From IMG/VR virus record IMGVR_UViG_3300044627_003959: a DNA stretch of 20,000 bases. One strand, 5' to 3'. The notes beneath the pieces were generated by a model, which saw only the letters and a list, made by a program, of their open reading frames with translations, was not told the DNA's origin and made no database searches. Origin of the DNA: an uncultured virus (IMG/VR IMGVR_UViG_3300044627_003959). Taxonomy: Duplodnaviria; Heunggongvirae; Uroviricota; Caudoviricetes. A program made the position numbers and the translations under genes. Shown here one piece after another: positions 1 to 10,100 of this stretch (positions are counted from its first letter, which is position 1; each line of letters begins with the position of its first letter).

Positions 1-2
1 TG

Positions 3-782
3 ATAGGTAAGAGACACGCTGTCGTTAAATCTGAAGGTCAGAATAACGGTAAAATTATTTTTGATGCCGCACAAGCAAAAGCTATTGTTGTGAAAGCACA
101 GAAATTTTTATGCAGTGTTTTGGAAATGTTTGACATTAACCGTATTTTAACGCTAAAAGGTAATTCTCTGAGCGTTAGCGATGTACGCTGCAAAAGCGCG
201 CATGTTGAAAAAAATCTTACGGGACCTAAAAATCCAGGTAAACAGGAACCGAATAATTGCTGCTTCGTTCCTCACGGGGAGCACGTGCAGTTATTCAACG
301 GTAATTCCCCTGTCACACTGGCTACAGCATCAGATGTTCAAGAGTTAACAAATTACAATACCGCGTCTGTATCGGAAGTTAATCCCCACGAAGATGCACA
401 AGATCCGCCAGACGGACCTGACTGGGCATACACAGCTGAAGACAAAAAGTTTGATGACAGCGGGTATGAAAACGATCCTACTGATGATGAAGTGTTCCAG
501 CCTATGGCGCAGCAGAGATTAAGTGAACCATTCGCTGACGCCTTCATTGATAAATCTGGTTATGATTCCTGGGACTGGGAAGAGGATAATAAACTTAAGG
601 AAGGTAAGCGTACCAACACGAGCAGCCGTCCGTTTCCCGGTGCGAATTCCCAGGAGAAGAAATTTGATGCTGGACAATCATTACATTCTCCTTTAAGTGA
701 ACCCTATTCCGATCAATCGCCGGATAAAGCAAAAGACTTAGTAACAGAAAACATAGTACGCAAATTCTTAAAATATAGTTAA
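3..782 (+). CDS. 5'-truncated putative virion structural protein (possibly the C-terminal part of a baseplate spike-like protein) with an acidic C-terminal extension
   Basis: The frame of track ORF 90..782 is open back to base 3 (IGKRHAVVKSEGQNNGKIIFDAAQAKAIVVKAQKF...), so the GTG at 90 is probably internal. The N-terminal part has short beta-strand-like segments, then CCFVPHGEH, then a D/E/P-rich tail. The stop is coupled to the next gene by TAA-T-ATG. The function is inferred from context only. Confidence 0.55.
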   Translation: MGKRHAVVKSEGQNNGKIIFDAAQAKAIVVKAQKFLCSVLEMFDINRILTLKGNSLSVSDVRCKSAHVEKNLTGPKNPGKQEPNNCCFVPHGEHVQLFNGNSPVTLATASDVQELTNYNTASVSEVNPHEDAQDPPDGPDWAYTAEDKKFDDSGYENDPTDDEVFQPMAQQRLSEPFADAFIDKSGYDSWDWEEDNKLKEGKRTNTSSRPFPGANSQEKKFDAGQSLHSPLSEPYSDQSPDKAKDLVTENIVRKFLKYS

Positions 783-783
783 T

Positions 784-1485
784 ATGGAACAAGTACAACC
801 TGAAGAAGTGAAAGCGTTTTTGGATGAACAAACAAAATCCGAAAACGAAAAAAGCAATGTAATGAACTTAGATGAGGCAGTCAAAGCGCAAGCCGACTCT
901 GATTTAAGAATTAAAGAGATGCTCAATAAAGTAGAAGAAGACAGGGTTAAAACATTCGATCCAGAAGTTGATACGTTGTCGAATATATCACCTTGGAAGA
1001 TGGATGAGAATGACTTCAAAGTAGAAATCTCTGATGAAGATAAGGCGCTGTATCTAAAAGCTTTACTGCACGATAATCCCCTCAGGCTTAATATTAAATT
1101 AGAAATGGGAATTAGTTTTGAGATTAAATCTTTGACTAATTTTGATCTAGAAATCGTGCATCTTACGTTGATGGATTATGTCGATAATAAACGTGTGATC
1201 GGGCCTGCGCAATATGCCTCCGCAGTACAGCAATGCGCTGCAGCTATTCAGATTTGTAAAATACAGGACACAATTACGGAACCTCCGTCCTTTGTGCCGG
1301 GAGAGATTGAGGCGGCAGCTGCTGTAGCGATTCTGAAAGAACGCGTAGAAAAAGTTATCGGTAAATGGGCGTGGCCTAAATGGCAGGCTGCAGTTACAGC
1401 TGTAAGACTCTTTGAATATAAGTTAACCTTGTGTAACGCGAACGCTAGAGATTCAAATTTTTGGCAGACCGCAGGTGCCAATTAA
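784..1485 (+). CDS. putative tail assembly chaperone (gpG-like position), 233 aa
   Basis: Acidic and helical-looking. It lies two genes upstream of the tape-measure-like gene and ends in ...DSNFWQTAGAN, which contains an in-frame slippery heptamer A AAT TTT (1455-1461). Confidence 0.55.
   Translation: MEQVQPEEVKAFLDEQTKSENEKSNVMNLDEAVKAQADSDLRIKEMLNKVEEDRVKTFDPEVDTLSNISPWKMDENDFKVEISDEDKALYLKALLHDNPLRLNIKLEMGISFEIKSLTNFDLEIVHLTLMDYVDNKRVIGPAQYASAVQQCAAAIQICKIQDTITEPPSFVPGEIEAAAAVAILKERVEKVIGKWAWPKWQAAVTAVRLFEYKLTLCNANARDSNFWQTAGAN
1455..1461 (+). other. candidate -1 programmed ribosomal frameshift site (A AAT TTT)
   Basis: X XXY YYZ heptamer in the correct phase of ORF 784..1485 (tcA AAT TTT tgg). 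The -1 frame is the open frame 1461..1838. Confidence 0.6.
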
Positions 1486-1838
1486 TGTTAGCAGCCTATC
1501 TGCGGGGGCTATTAAAACCTGACTACTCACAAGGAATTAAATCTGTTTATAGAGAGAATTTAATTCTTCAGTCTATTGCTAGAGAGCAAGAAGCCGAAGA
1601 AATAGTTCTTACTATAAATAATGAGTCTAACTATTCTCCTTTGCTGAGCCCTACTCAGGCAAACAAGCTATTGAAACATCAAAATAAAATGTTATCTTTA
1701 GCTTTCGAAAACTTAAGGCATAAGAAAGCTACTAGCAACGAACTCAATGTAGATGTCAAAAGCGTTTATAATTTTGCTGCTATGTACAACAGACTTAAGC
1801 GGGCAAAGTTAGTAGGAGTAGTAGAACCAAAAGAATAA
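1485..1838 (+). CDS. putative tail assembly chaperone second ORF (gpT-like); expressed from ATG 1485 and/or as a -1 frameshift fusion with 784..1485
   Basis: The frame is open from 1461 or earlier. ATG 1485 overlaps the upstream stop (TAATG). It lies immediately before the tape-measure-like gene. Confidence 0.55.
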   Translation: MLAAYLRGLLKPDYSQGIKSVYRENLILQSIAREQEAEEIVLTINNESNYSPLLSPTQANKLLKHQNKMLSLAFENLRHKKATSNELNVDVKSVYNFAAMYNRLKRAKLVGVVEPKE

Positions 1839-1839
1839 A

Positions 1840-4464
1840 ATGGATCCTAGTTTATACGCAGCATTAAGCGGTTTAGGCCCTCAGACAGGCGGATTTAATC
1901 CTACGCCTGCGGAGAGTATGTTTGCTAAGTCGCGCGAAAGATCTTCGCAGGGGCTTATGGACTACGCGCTCTACACCGCGCCGCAGGTTAGAAACTCGAG
2001 CATGCTTACAGCTACCGCTTTAGCTGGAGATCCGGCGAAGGCGCACGAAATGCTCAAGAACACCGCACAGGGGCAATTCATAAAGGATACCTACGGGGTG
2101 GCTATGCAATCAGGTTTAATGCCTGGGGGTAACCCTATGAATCTTGCTTCAAGCGTGCAGCAAATGATTTCTAGCTCGGGCTTTAAAGTTGGAGGTATGA
2201 TGGGTGGCGGTGCCGCCTTCGGCCATGGAGGCATTACCGACCAACTGAGCCGACAAGTATTCGACCAGATTAAAGGTAACTTTTTTAGTCCTACATCAGG
2301 CCTAAGTAAAAATAACGCTAAAGGTATGGATATGTCTCAATTCGGAGACATGGTCGGCCAGTTAACATCCCGGGGAGCCTTTGCTGGTATGGAGGCTTTT
2401 ACTACTACCTCTGTTGGGGGTAAAATGGACTTTAAGGTCGTGCCTGAGAAGATGAAGCAAATTAATAAAAAATTGGAGGACTACGCAGGCATGGTTAAAG
2501 ATGCTACCTCCATATTTGGAAAATTACCCGTGGGGCAGATAACTGAAATCGCCGAAAGATTAACAGGGATGAGCATGGGCGAGCTTGGGGGTATAAAAGC
2601 AGCCAAGGACAAAATGGCTAATATTAAAGCTCACGCTTTAGCTTACGGTGCAAATCCTGAAAAGGTAGCAGCCAATATAATGAACGCGACGGATTCTGTG
2701 CAGCAGCAGTTATTTGCTGGCGGAGTACAAAAGAACGAACAAGCTGCTAGTGCTTTTAATTTAGCAGGTGCATCTTCCGCTTACGGCAGACAGGCGGCTA
2801 TTATAGCCGAGAAGGCAACATTCGCAGGTATGCAAGTAGCTCATGCGAGCGATGTAAATGCTAATCAGTTAGCCGCTAAAGGCGTGTACACCACACGTTT
2901 CAATGAGTCAGATGTCTCTAAAGCATACCAGGAAGGTCACATCGCTATTGGTAACGAATCTAGCTTTAAAAGGGTAGACGCGGCGCTTTATGAAATGTCC
3001 CAGGAAAATTCCAGAATCAAAGGACCAGCCAGAGAAAAAATATTGGAGCTTACTAAAAGAATGGGCTCCGCCAGCGTCTCAGAACAGGCTACTATAAGCA
3101 AACAAATTTCAGATATAGCAAAAAATAGTGGAGCTGATTTATCAGCCATTATTCGAAATATGGATGAATCAGAAATTAAAGGAGGTACAAGTCAGGAATT
3201 AAGTAATTTTAAACAAGATGTTATACACGGGGCGACTAAATCTCGTTTTGCTGCAGGTGCCTTACAACAAGCGCAGCGTATAGGCTTGGGTGGTGGGTTG
3301 CTTAATAGAGGATCAAAAAGTCTAAAAGGGCTTACTTCTTTAGTATCTAAATTTAATGCTGGTACTTTAGACCAGATAGCCGGGGCTATAGATGAAAAAG
3401 GAAATGTTGATGCGGAGAAATTAGATCAGATATATAAGACCACTCCCTCGCTAAAAAATATTATGACGGCTGAGCAGCTGAGAGCTGAAGTCGGAGATAT
3501 AGCCGCAGGACAAAAAGGCGACGTCGGTCAAAATATGCGCGATGTCTTTAGCCGTATAAGAACAACTAACAGAGGTAAGATGACGCAAAATGAGCAAGAC
3601 ACAAGAGAAGCAGCTGTGCGCGCAGTACAGGCTACATTAGCCGACGCTTCCCTAGGCGGACCTATTGATTCAGAATCTTTTGGTTCTGAATTAGTTCGCG
3701 GGTTTTTAGGCGGAGGTAAAATTGAAGATAAAAATATAACTCAGGCCTTAATGAACGATAAGAATGCGACTGGTGCTATATTAAAAATCAAAGAAGATAA
3801 ATCTGGCTTAAACGTCAGCGGAAAAGATATAGCCAATCTTGAAAAAACTTTAGGAGCTGAGAATCTAAAGGGCTTATACGCTAGCCTGGGTATTAAACAA
3901 GGTGACGCCGCAGGGCTAGCTTCAGCTTTAGGTACGCCTCAGGGGTATCAGGCCCTGGAAAAGAATATGGGGGGAGGTTTAATGCAAGCGGACGCAGAGG
4001 GTAACCTTCGTGTATTCGGTGAGGACGCCGTTTCAGGTAAACGAGGTGAATTAGAACAGGAAGCGATGATGCGTGAAGCTAAGACTTTACTTGGTCCTGA
4101 GGCTAGTTTTAAATCTACTGGCGATTCCGGAAAGGATTTAATTAACTTTAACAAGCAAATGAAGGAAGGCTTAACAAGCGATAAGCTGTTAGGTCTAGCT
4201 ACAGTATCCAAAGAAGGTAAATATGAAAATAAAGAATTCGATGCTTTAGCCCGCCAATTTAAAAATGATCCTGACTTAGATAAGCATCTAAAACAAAAAA
4301 GTGATGAGTTAAAGGATCAAGGCAAAAAGGAAGAAGCAGGACAAATCAAAGAATTACGCGATGCACTTAAATATAGAAATACGCAAGAAGGAGGCGGACA
4401 ATATCTTGGAATATTACAGATTATGAGTGATAGTATGTCCAGCTTAGCTCTTTATAAACAATAA
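1840..4464 (+). CDS. putative tail tape measure protein, 874 aa
   Basis: Long, rich in Ala/Gly/Gln/Lys/Met, no Cys seen, helical character. It sits between a chaperone-like pair and baseplate-like genes. Confidence 0.65.
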   Translation: MDPSLYAALSGLGPQTGGFNPTPAESMFAKSRERSSQGLMDYALYTAPQVRNSSMLTATALAGDPAKAHEMLKNTAQGQFIKDTYGVAMQSGLMPGGNPMNLASSVQQMISSSGFKVGGMMGGGAAFGHGGITDQLSRQVFDQIKGNFFSPTSGLSKNNAKGMDMSQFGDMVGQLTSRGAFAGMEAFTTTSVGGKMDFKVVPEKMKQINKKLEDYAGMVKDATSIFGKLPVGQITEIAERLTGMSMGELGGIKAAKDKMANIKAHALAYGANPEKVAANIMNATDSVQQQLFAGGVQKNEQAASAFNLAGASSAYGRQAAIIAEKATFAGMQVAHASDVNANQLAAKGVYTTRFNESDVSKAYQEGHIAIGNESSFKRVDAALYEMSQENSRIKGPAREKILELTKRMGSASVSEQATISKQISDIAKNSGADLSAIIRNMDESEIKGGTSQELSNFKQDVIHGATKSRFAAGALQQAQRIGLGGGLLNRGSKSLKGLTSLVSKFNAGTLDQIAGAIDEKGNVDAEKLDQIYKTTPSLKNIMTAEQLRAEVGDIAAGQKGDVGQNMRDVFSRIRTTNRGKMTQNEQDTREAAVRAVQATLADASLGGPIDSESFGSELVRGFLGGGKIEDKNITQALMNDKNATGAILKIKEDKSGLNVSGKDIANLEKTLGAENLKGLYASLGIKQGDAAGLASALGTPQGYQALEKNMGGGLMQADAEGNLRVFGEDAVSGKRGELEQEAMMREAKTLLGPEASFKSTGDSGKDLINFNKQMKEGLTSDKLLGLATVSKEGKYENKEFDALARQFKNDPDLDKHLKQKSDELKDQGKKEEAGQIKELRDALKYRNTQEGGGQYLGILQIMSDSMSSLALYKQ

Positions 4465-4468
4465 CAAT

Positions 4469-4933
4469 ATGGCAGTATTAGTTCCATGTCGAGGCAGTGT
4501 ATACCGCGTTAACCCTATGCAGGGACAAGGCGGCGAGAGAGGCTTTTATGAAGTCGACGGATTGACAGCTAAAAAAGGAGACGGGGATGCGTTGCTTATA
4601 AACACAGCCAGCCCGAATGAGAATGATGTTGTTTTGCCTGTTATAACTTTGGAAAATACTAGAATACTTTATTCGTTCGGAGCTAACTTTGGAGATATGA
4701 CTATTTCTGGTTTGATCCTTCTAGGTAAGTCAGGCAATCCCGGGACTTCCCTGGCTACTGTTATAGACTTCTTTAAACAAAAGAGAGTATCTAGTAATAA
4801 GGAAGCTGTTAAGGTCACAGGCCCGGGCACAAGCTGGAAAGTATTTTTAACAGGGTTAACAATATCAGACGCGGATCCTCAGATAAATTCCCAGACATTC
4901 GCTTTTACAGGAAAGATCGCAGCCCCTAAATAA
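4469..4933 (+). CDS. putative baseplate/tail-tube-initiator-like protein, 154 aa
   Basis: Small beta-rich protein directly after the tape measure. The segment RILYSFGANFGDMTISGLILL and the terminal 'FAFTGKI' strand resemble tube-fold baseplate proteins. Positional inference. Confidence 0.45.
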   Translation: MAVLVPCRGSVYRVNPMQGQGGERGFYEVDGLTAKKGDGDALLINTASPNENDVVLPVITLENTRILYSFGANFGDMTISGLILLGKSGNPGTSLATVIDFFKQKRVSSNKEAVKVTGPGTSWKVFLTGLTISDADPQINSQTFAFTGKIAAPK

Positions 4934-4935
4934 CT

Positions 4936-5694
4936 ATGCGTGACGCTGTATTACATTTAATATCAAATAAATCTAATGGGTTCAATGTCCCGTGCTTTCC
5001 CGTTTATAGTTCTTTCACTCCTTATACGGCTACAGCACAGGAAACCGTACTGCGAGACAAGCTATTTATTAACAGTAGTAATTATCATTTAATAAATAGT
5101 TTGCTAGCTGTTTATTCTTTTATAGATATTTTATCTGAATTTAGGGAAACATCCCGCACCTTTAACTTTTCAGATTTGCCTACTGGTGAAGTCAGCATTG
5201 TTAACGCTACTTACGGTAATACAGATACAGTAAACTTTAATATATTAAACATACCAAATTCTTTTCCATCGCCTAATTATTTTAATTGGGAAATAAAGTA
5301 TCAAGATGACGCGTTTATTGTTCTACACTGCTGCGATACTGTTTCCACTATTCCGTACACACTGACGTCGGTTACACAGAATAGTACTACCTATAGATTG
5401 CTCACAGCTGATTGGCCTGTTGTGACTGGGATAAAAGGAGGTTTTATATTAGACCCCGCATTAAGCTGGAGTTACGGTAATAGCATAACTTTAACTGTAC
5501 CTCCTGTTGTTTTCCCATACGAGCAAGCTATAAAACTTGTAGACAAACTAGCGGAAACGGCGCATGTACTTAACGGTTCTGGCTTAGCTAGAAATTATTA
5601 TAATGCACAATCATATATTGAGAAATACGCGTTGCTTATGCTTGCTATAGCTAGACCCGATTTGAGAAATCCTAAAATAGTAACCGTTTGTTAA
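4936..5694 (+). CDS. hypothetical protein (probably structural), 252 aa
   Basis: Full ORF with 2-nt and 1-nt gaps to its neighbours. Central N/T/S/Y-rich beta region with helical ends. No recognised family. Confidence 0.7.
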   Translation: MRDAVLHLISNKSNGFNVPCFPVYSSFTPYTATAQETVLRDKLFINSSNYHLINSLLAVYSFIDILSEFRETSRTFNFSDLPTGEVSIVNATYGNTDTVNFNILNIPNSFPSPNYFNWEIKYQDDAFIVLHCCDTVSTIPYTLTSVTQNSTTYRLLTADWPVVTGIKGGFILDPALSWSYGNSITLTVPPVVFPYEQAIKLVDKLAETAHVLNGSGLARNYYNAQSYIEKYALLMLAIARPDLRNPKIVTVC

Positions 5695-5695
5695 T

Positions 5696-7123
5696 ATGGC
5701 GAATAAAGCTAATACATTAGAAGTTCGTAGCCCTTCAGTCTCTGTTCAGGAAGAAAAAACAGATAGCGTCGAACTCACCTGGACGCTTCCCGTGGACTCT
5801 TTTTTGGCTGGCGCACCTGCCGCTAAATACTCAGCGCACCCGGCTGGAAGTAACAAAGTTTTCTCCCCTAATGCCGCAGAGTTGATAAAAAAAATTGCAG
5901 ACGCTCAAAACACTATGTTTCAGCCTGCTCAAGTCAAGACGATAACTGTACGTGATGGTAGCGAGCAAACACTGGAATTCACAGGGTATGATGGAGGTCC
6001 TTCGCATTCTGTGATGTTTGGAAGAGTAAACAATGGTAAAACTATAGTCCATAGATGCTCTAAACTATTTTTTATAAATACCAGTATTTACAGCCTACCT
6101 CCTGATAAATTTGCAGTTTTTGCTGATGAAGTTGCAAGCGCTAAAAATCCTACCGAGATGATAAAAACAGTTTTAAAAAACTGTTTAGATGAATTTCAAA
6201 ACACAGTAGACAATGATTTCTCATTAGTAGGTAAGGCAAAAGAAATTAAAACCAGAATACATAATAAAAATGTAAAGGTTATTAATGATGAATGGTTTCC
6301 TATTTTAGACGCCAGCACTGACTCGGGTTTAGACAGTTTTTCAGAAGTAGTAAGCGATATTTATTCAGTCAGACAAAAGGTATTTGATTCTATTTACCAA
6401 GTTTATGTAAACAGCAACACTGACTTCAGCTCAACTATTTCTCAATTTTGCAGTATGTTTCAAATGGTTTTTGTTCCGTCTACAGACGGCAAGAGCCCAG
6501 GTAAGTTCATATCTTACAGAAAAATGTTGAGCGATGCCGAAGACAAGGATGTTCTAATCTCCAGTCTATCTATGTCCCCGGGCTCTTCGAGATTCTTAAC
6601 TGTTAGTGGTGTTATTATGCAGGGCGGGCCTGGAGATAATTTCTTTGGGGTTCTTTCCAGCGGGTCTGGTATAGTCAGCTGGCCGGAGAGCATACCTGAA
6701 AATGGGGAATTAATTCCGATGCGTGTTCCTTCTTGGATACCTGCGGAAGAGTTTCCTGAGGAAGTTACAGCTGACGGTACGACTCTAGATTTAAATGAAA
6801 ACGCTAAAAATGTCGAAGCGCAGGCAGGTAAAATAAAAACCGACTGCGAACTTGTGGCTAAGCTTATAAAAGAAATAGCGCGCTTAGCTTATAATAACGC
6901 AGCCCTAGGTACAGCCTCAGCCACTATAACCACAGTTCTTGACGTCAGTTGGGAAATAGGTAAAAGATACGCAGTGAAACAAGCTGGCGGTGATTTATTA
7001 TTTTCAGGCTTTTTGAAAGGATTAAGTCACCGTGTTAGTTCTAGCGTGGACAGCCCAGAAGCAGTTACTCAGCTTTCTTTCTCGCATGTCGAGACAAACG
7101 GTTTTACATTACCTAATAAATAA
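5696..7123 (+). CDS. putative baseplate hub protein (T4 gp27 / Mu gp44 / P2 gpD-like), 475 aa
   Basis: Size and position fit. The C-terminus ATITTVLDVSWEIGKRYAV...LFSGFLKGLSHRVSS...VTQLSFSHV follows the typical hub C-terminal barrel pattern (G-x-hydrophobic...V/L-x-H...T-x-L). Confidence 0.55.
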   Translation: MANKANTLEVRSPSVSVQEEKTDSVELTWTLPVDSFLAGAPAAKYSAHPAGSNKVFSPNAAELIKKIADAQNTMFQPAQVKTITVRDGSEQTLEFTGYDGGPSHSVMFGRVNNGKTIVHRCSKLFFINTSIYSLPPDKFAVFADEVASAKNPTEMIKTVLKNCLDEFQNTVDNDFSLVGKAKEIKTRIHNKNVKVINDEWFPILDASTDSGLDSFSEVVSDIYSVRQKVFDSIYQVYVNSNTDFSSTISQFCSMFQMVFVPSTDGKSPGKFISYRKMLSDAEDKDVLISSLSMSPGSSRFLTVSGVIMQGGPGDNFFGVLSSGSGIVSWPESIPENGELIPMRVPSWIPAEEFPEEVTADGTTLDLNENAKNVEAQAGKIKTDCELVAKLIKEIARLAYNNAALGTASATITTVLDVSWEIGKRYAVKQAGGDLLFSGFLKGLSHRVSSSVDSPEAVTQLSFSHVETNGFTLPNK

Positions 7124-10100
7124 TGGACAGAGAACAACAAAGACAACTGAGAAGAAGTACTGAGACTTCATTTTCTTGTACAGCAGAGTATTCTCTGCCT
7201 GTGGTAGAGAATGTTTCTCCGCGCCCATCCGCCAGTTGTGATCCGCCTAATGAACAACCGGAGCCACTTCCATTTGTTGAGTTGGTACCGTGTCCTCCTC
7301 TGCCTGTTCCTGCGGTTAATTTACCTGATGGGTTAGGTATTAAATCTGATCCTACTGTTGCTTACTGTCCTTCCACAGCAGGCTACAGCGTTACCGGAAC
7401 TACGGCTGTATCTCTTTCGGCGGGCGCTATTAGCCAAAACGTAATATTTACTCTACTTACGGATATTACAGATAATCAATTGAATTATTTGTATGAAGCT
7501 GTGCCTGGTTCTAGCGCAGCTATAGTCAGTGCGGCATTGAGCGGAGCTACTACTTCAGTGGTGGCCTTAACGCATCTTAATTATGATCAATCAGAAGAGC
7601 TGATAATCAATATTCAGACTACAAAGTTTACTGTGGATAGTTTAGCCGTAGAGCGGGCTAGAAATTTATTGTTATGCCAAGTAGAAAATACAGTGCAGAA
7701 CGCGGCGTGTCCTACGGGCTCTTACACCGGATCTTCTGCTTTAGTCCCACCAAGCTTTGAGTACACACCTACTGCCTCCGTGGCTGCTAGTTCAGTGTTA
7801 GTTACTTTTGACCTAACGCCTACATCGGGAGGTCAGACTGCATTTAATATAATTAATATACCCAGTCTTACGGCGGCAGCGGCGCAAGCTAATATTATAG
7901 CCCTGTCACAGGCTGAAAGTCAGTTGCGTTGTGTATACGCTAATTCCACAACTACTGCAGCTTGTTGTACATCAGAAGCGCCGCATAATAATTTAGGTTA
8001 CACCTATTGTGTTCCGGCTACAGGTCCATCTATAACAGGTTCCGCGACTGCGGTAGGTTTTTACACGGTGGAACTAAATACGATTTTTTCTTCTGTTGGC
8101 GCAGCGGAAGTTAATCAGCTCGCGGCTGTTCTCGCTCTTAATTCTCTAAACTGCTATTTCGCTAGTGACCCCGTTACAGTGGCATGCACAGCTTACGCCC
8201 CTCCATATGCTTACGCTGCCAATTCTACAACATCCTTCAGTCTCCCGGCGGGCACAATCATACTTAATGATTTAGTCTCAAGTGTTACTGCTGCCACAGA
8301 GCAAGCTACTTCTATAGCTGTAGCTTCTTTAAATTGTTTTTGGAGTAACGACCCGCAAAGTTCCACTTGTCCTAAATCCGGAACATTCACGGCTATAAAT
8401 AGCCAGCAATATGATTTACCTGCCAGCACTGCAAATTCTATCAGCTACACAGCCGGTATAGAAGGTGACATCGTTATTTCTTATGAAAGTAAAACAGCAG
8501 CAAACGAGCAAGCTATATCGTTAGCCCAGTCACAACTATCTTGTATTTATTGTAGCGACGAGGTACCACCGACTTGTACTGGTGGTGTAAATGAAACCTT
8601 GGGCGCTACTGCGAATTTGGTTTGTAGCTCTTTGGCTATTGTTGCTCAAAATACAGCTCTTTCTCTAGGTAGTATTTTATTATCTACGTCAGGAGGACAA
8701 CTGAATTGTTGTTACGGTAATGACGCAGTAAATAATAATATCTACTGCGGAACTGGAGCATACAGAAATCCAGGCTCGGCCTTTACTAGTATTGACAATT
8801 TCTTCATACCGGAAAATGTAATCACTGTCTGTTTTAGTACAACAGGCGCTGCTCCGGATCCTACATTATTTCAATATTCCAACCTCTACGCGGGTACTAC
8901 ACCACAAGCAGCAGCTTGTTTAGATACGACGCCATGCTCTGTCACATCAGGCTCGGCGACAGCGCTACCTGCGCTCTGGGCCTCGCAAACAGACTTGTTC
9001 TCGGCTATTACTTACGGCGCTACATTCTATTCAAATACAGCGCTAGCCCCGTATAGTTTCGATCCTTCTTATCCTTATATTGTAGATAGGTCGTTTACGT
9101 ATAGAAGCTATAGAACGGTGACTGGAGGTACTGGGTATACAGAAGGACTGACAGCTTATTCTTGCAGTGATTTCGCGGCATACACTTTCAGAGGGGCCAC
9201 ACTAGGAAATTACCCGGGGGCGTCTGGTACTCTGGCTTTACAAGATATTTTCTGTAGCTCCTCAGGTCCTACGGCTGGCTTGATAACTCTTTATTCAGAT
9301 ACGCTTGTACCATTTTCTTCCAGCAACACAAGCGCATGGTACACAGATCCGTGCGGGCTGACCGCTTTTAACCCAGTCGTTGACTCTTCTACAGCCGCGC
9401 AATATTACGCTGGAATAATTCAAGATGGCATAGCTGCGTATATCGCATTCTCTACTTCCGGAAGCAACACAGCCGAGTACCAGGGTTTGTACAATTTAGC
9501 CACTTGCGCTACTGGACCTTGGCCGGACACTAATCCATCTCCTACTTCGAGTGGTTCGTCTTATATAAGCTATACACCACCATCAGGCACAAATGATTAT
9601 AAGGTACAGGCCAATGATATCGCGCAAAATATTGTTAACAACTTCGTAAAGTGTTATTACTTAAATGATTTTTTAATAGGAAAGTCGTGTAGTATAGGCG
9701 AAACATTAATCCAGCTAGGAAGCGTGGCGGCTGGTGAAGTTGTAAGTATGGTGTCCAAAGCAGATGCGAATAAAATTGCGCAATCGATAGCAGATTCTAG
9801 AACTATATGCTTTACAGAAGAGCAACTTAAGCAAGGTTGTGCTGGTACGACGATCAGCTCCCCGGCGCTCTTGCCTATATTAGGTAAAAATTTAGAATTA
9901 AAATTTGAGCAGGCCGCGTGCTCTTTCACTACAAGTCTTACTTTGGAAGGAAGCTTTAATAAAACATCTATTCAAAACTTGCCTCCAGCAGGAGTGAAGC
10001 AAATAACATTGTGCGGAACTGCAGGAACTCAGAACATACTTATACCTTACTGGGATGAGGGTGTAGTTGACGAAACCGCAGCGATTACTATTTTAGCAAA

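Noticed and set aside
90..92. GTG start of the first ORF
   Set aside because: The frame is open to the window edge, so the real start is probably upstream.
1461..1463. TTG start for ORF 1461..1838
   Set aside because: ATG 1485 in a TAATG overlap fits the pattern of other genes better, and 1461 is better explained as the frameshift entry point.
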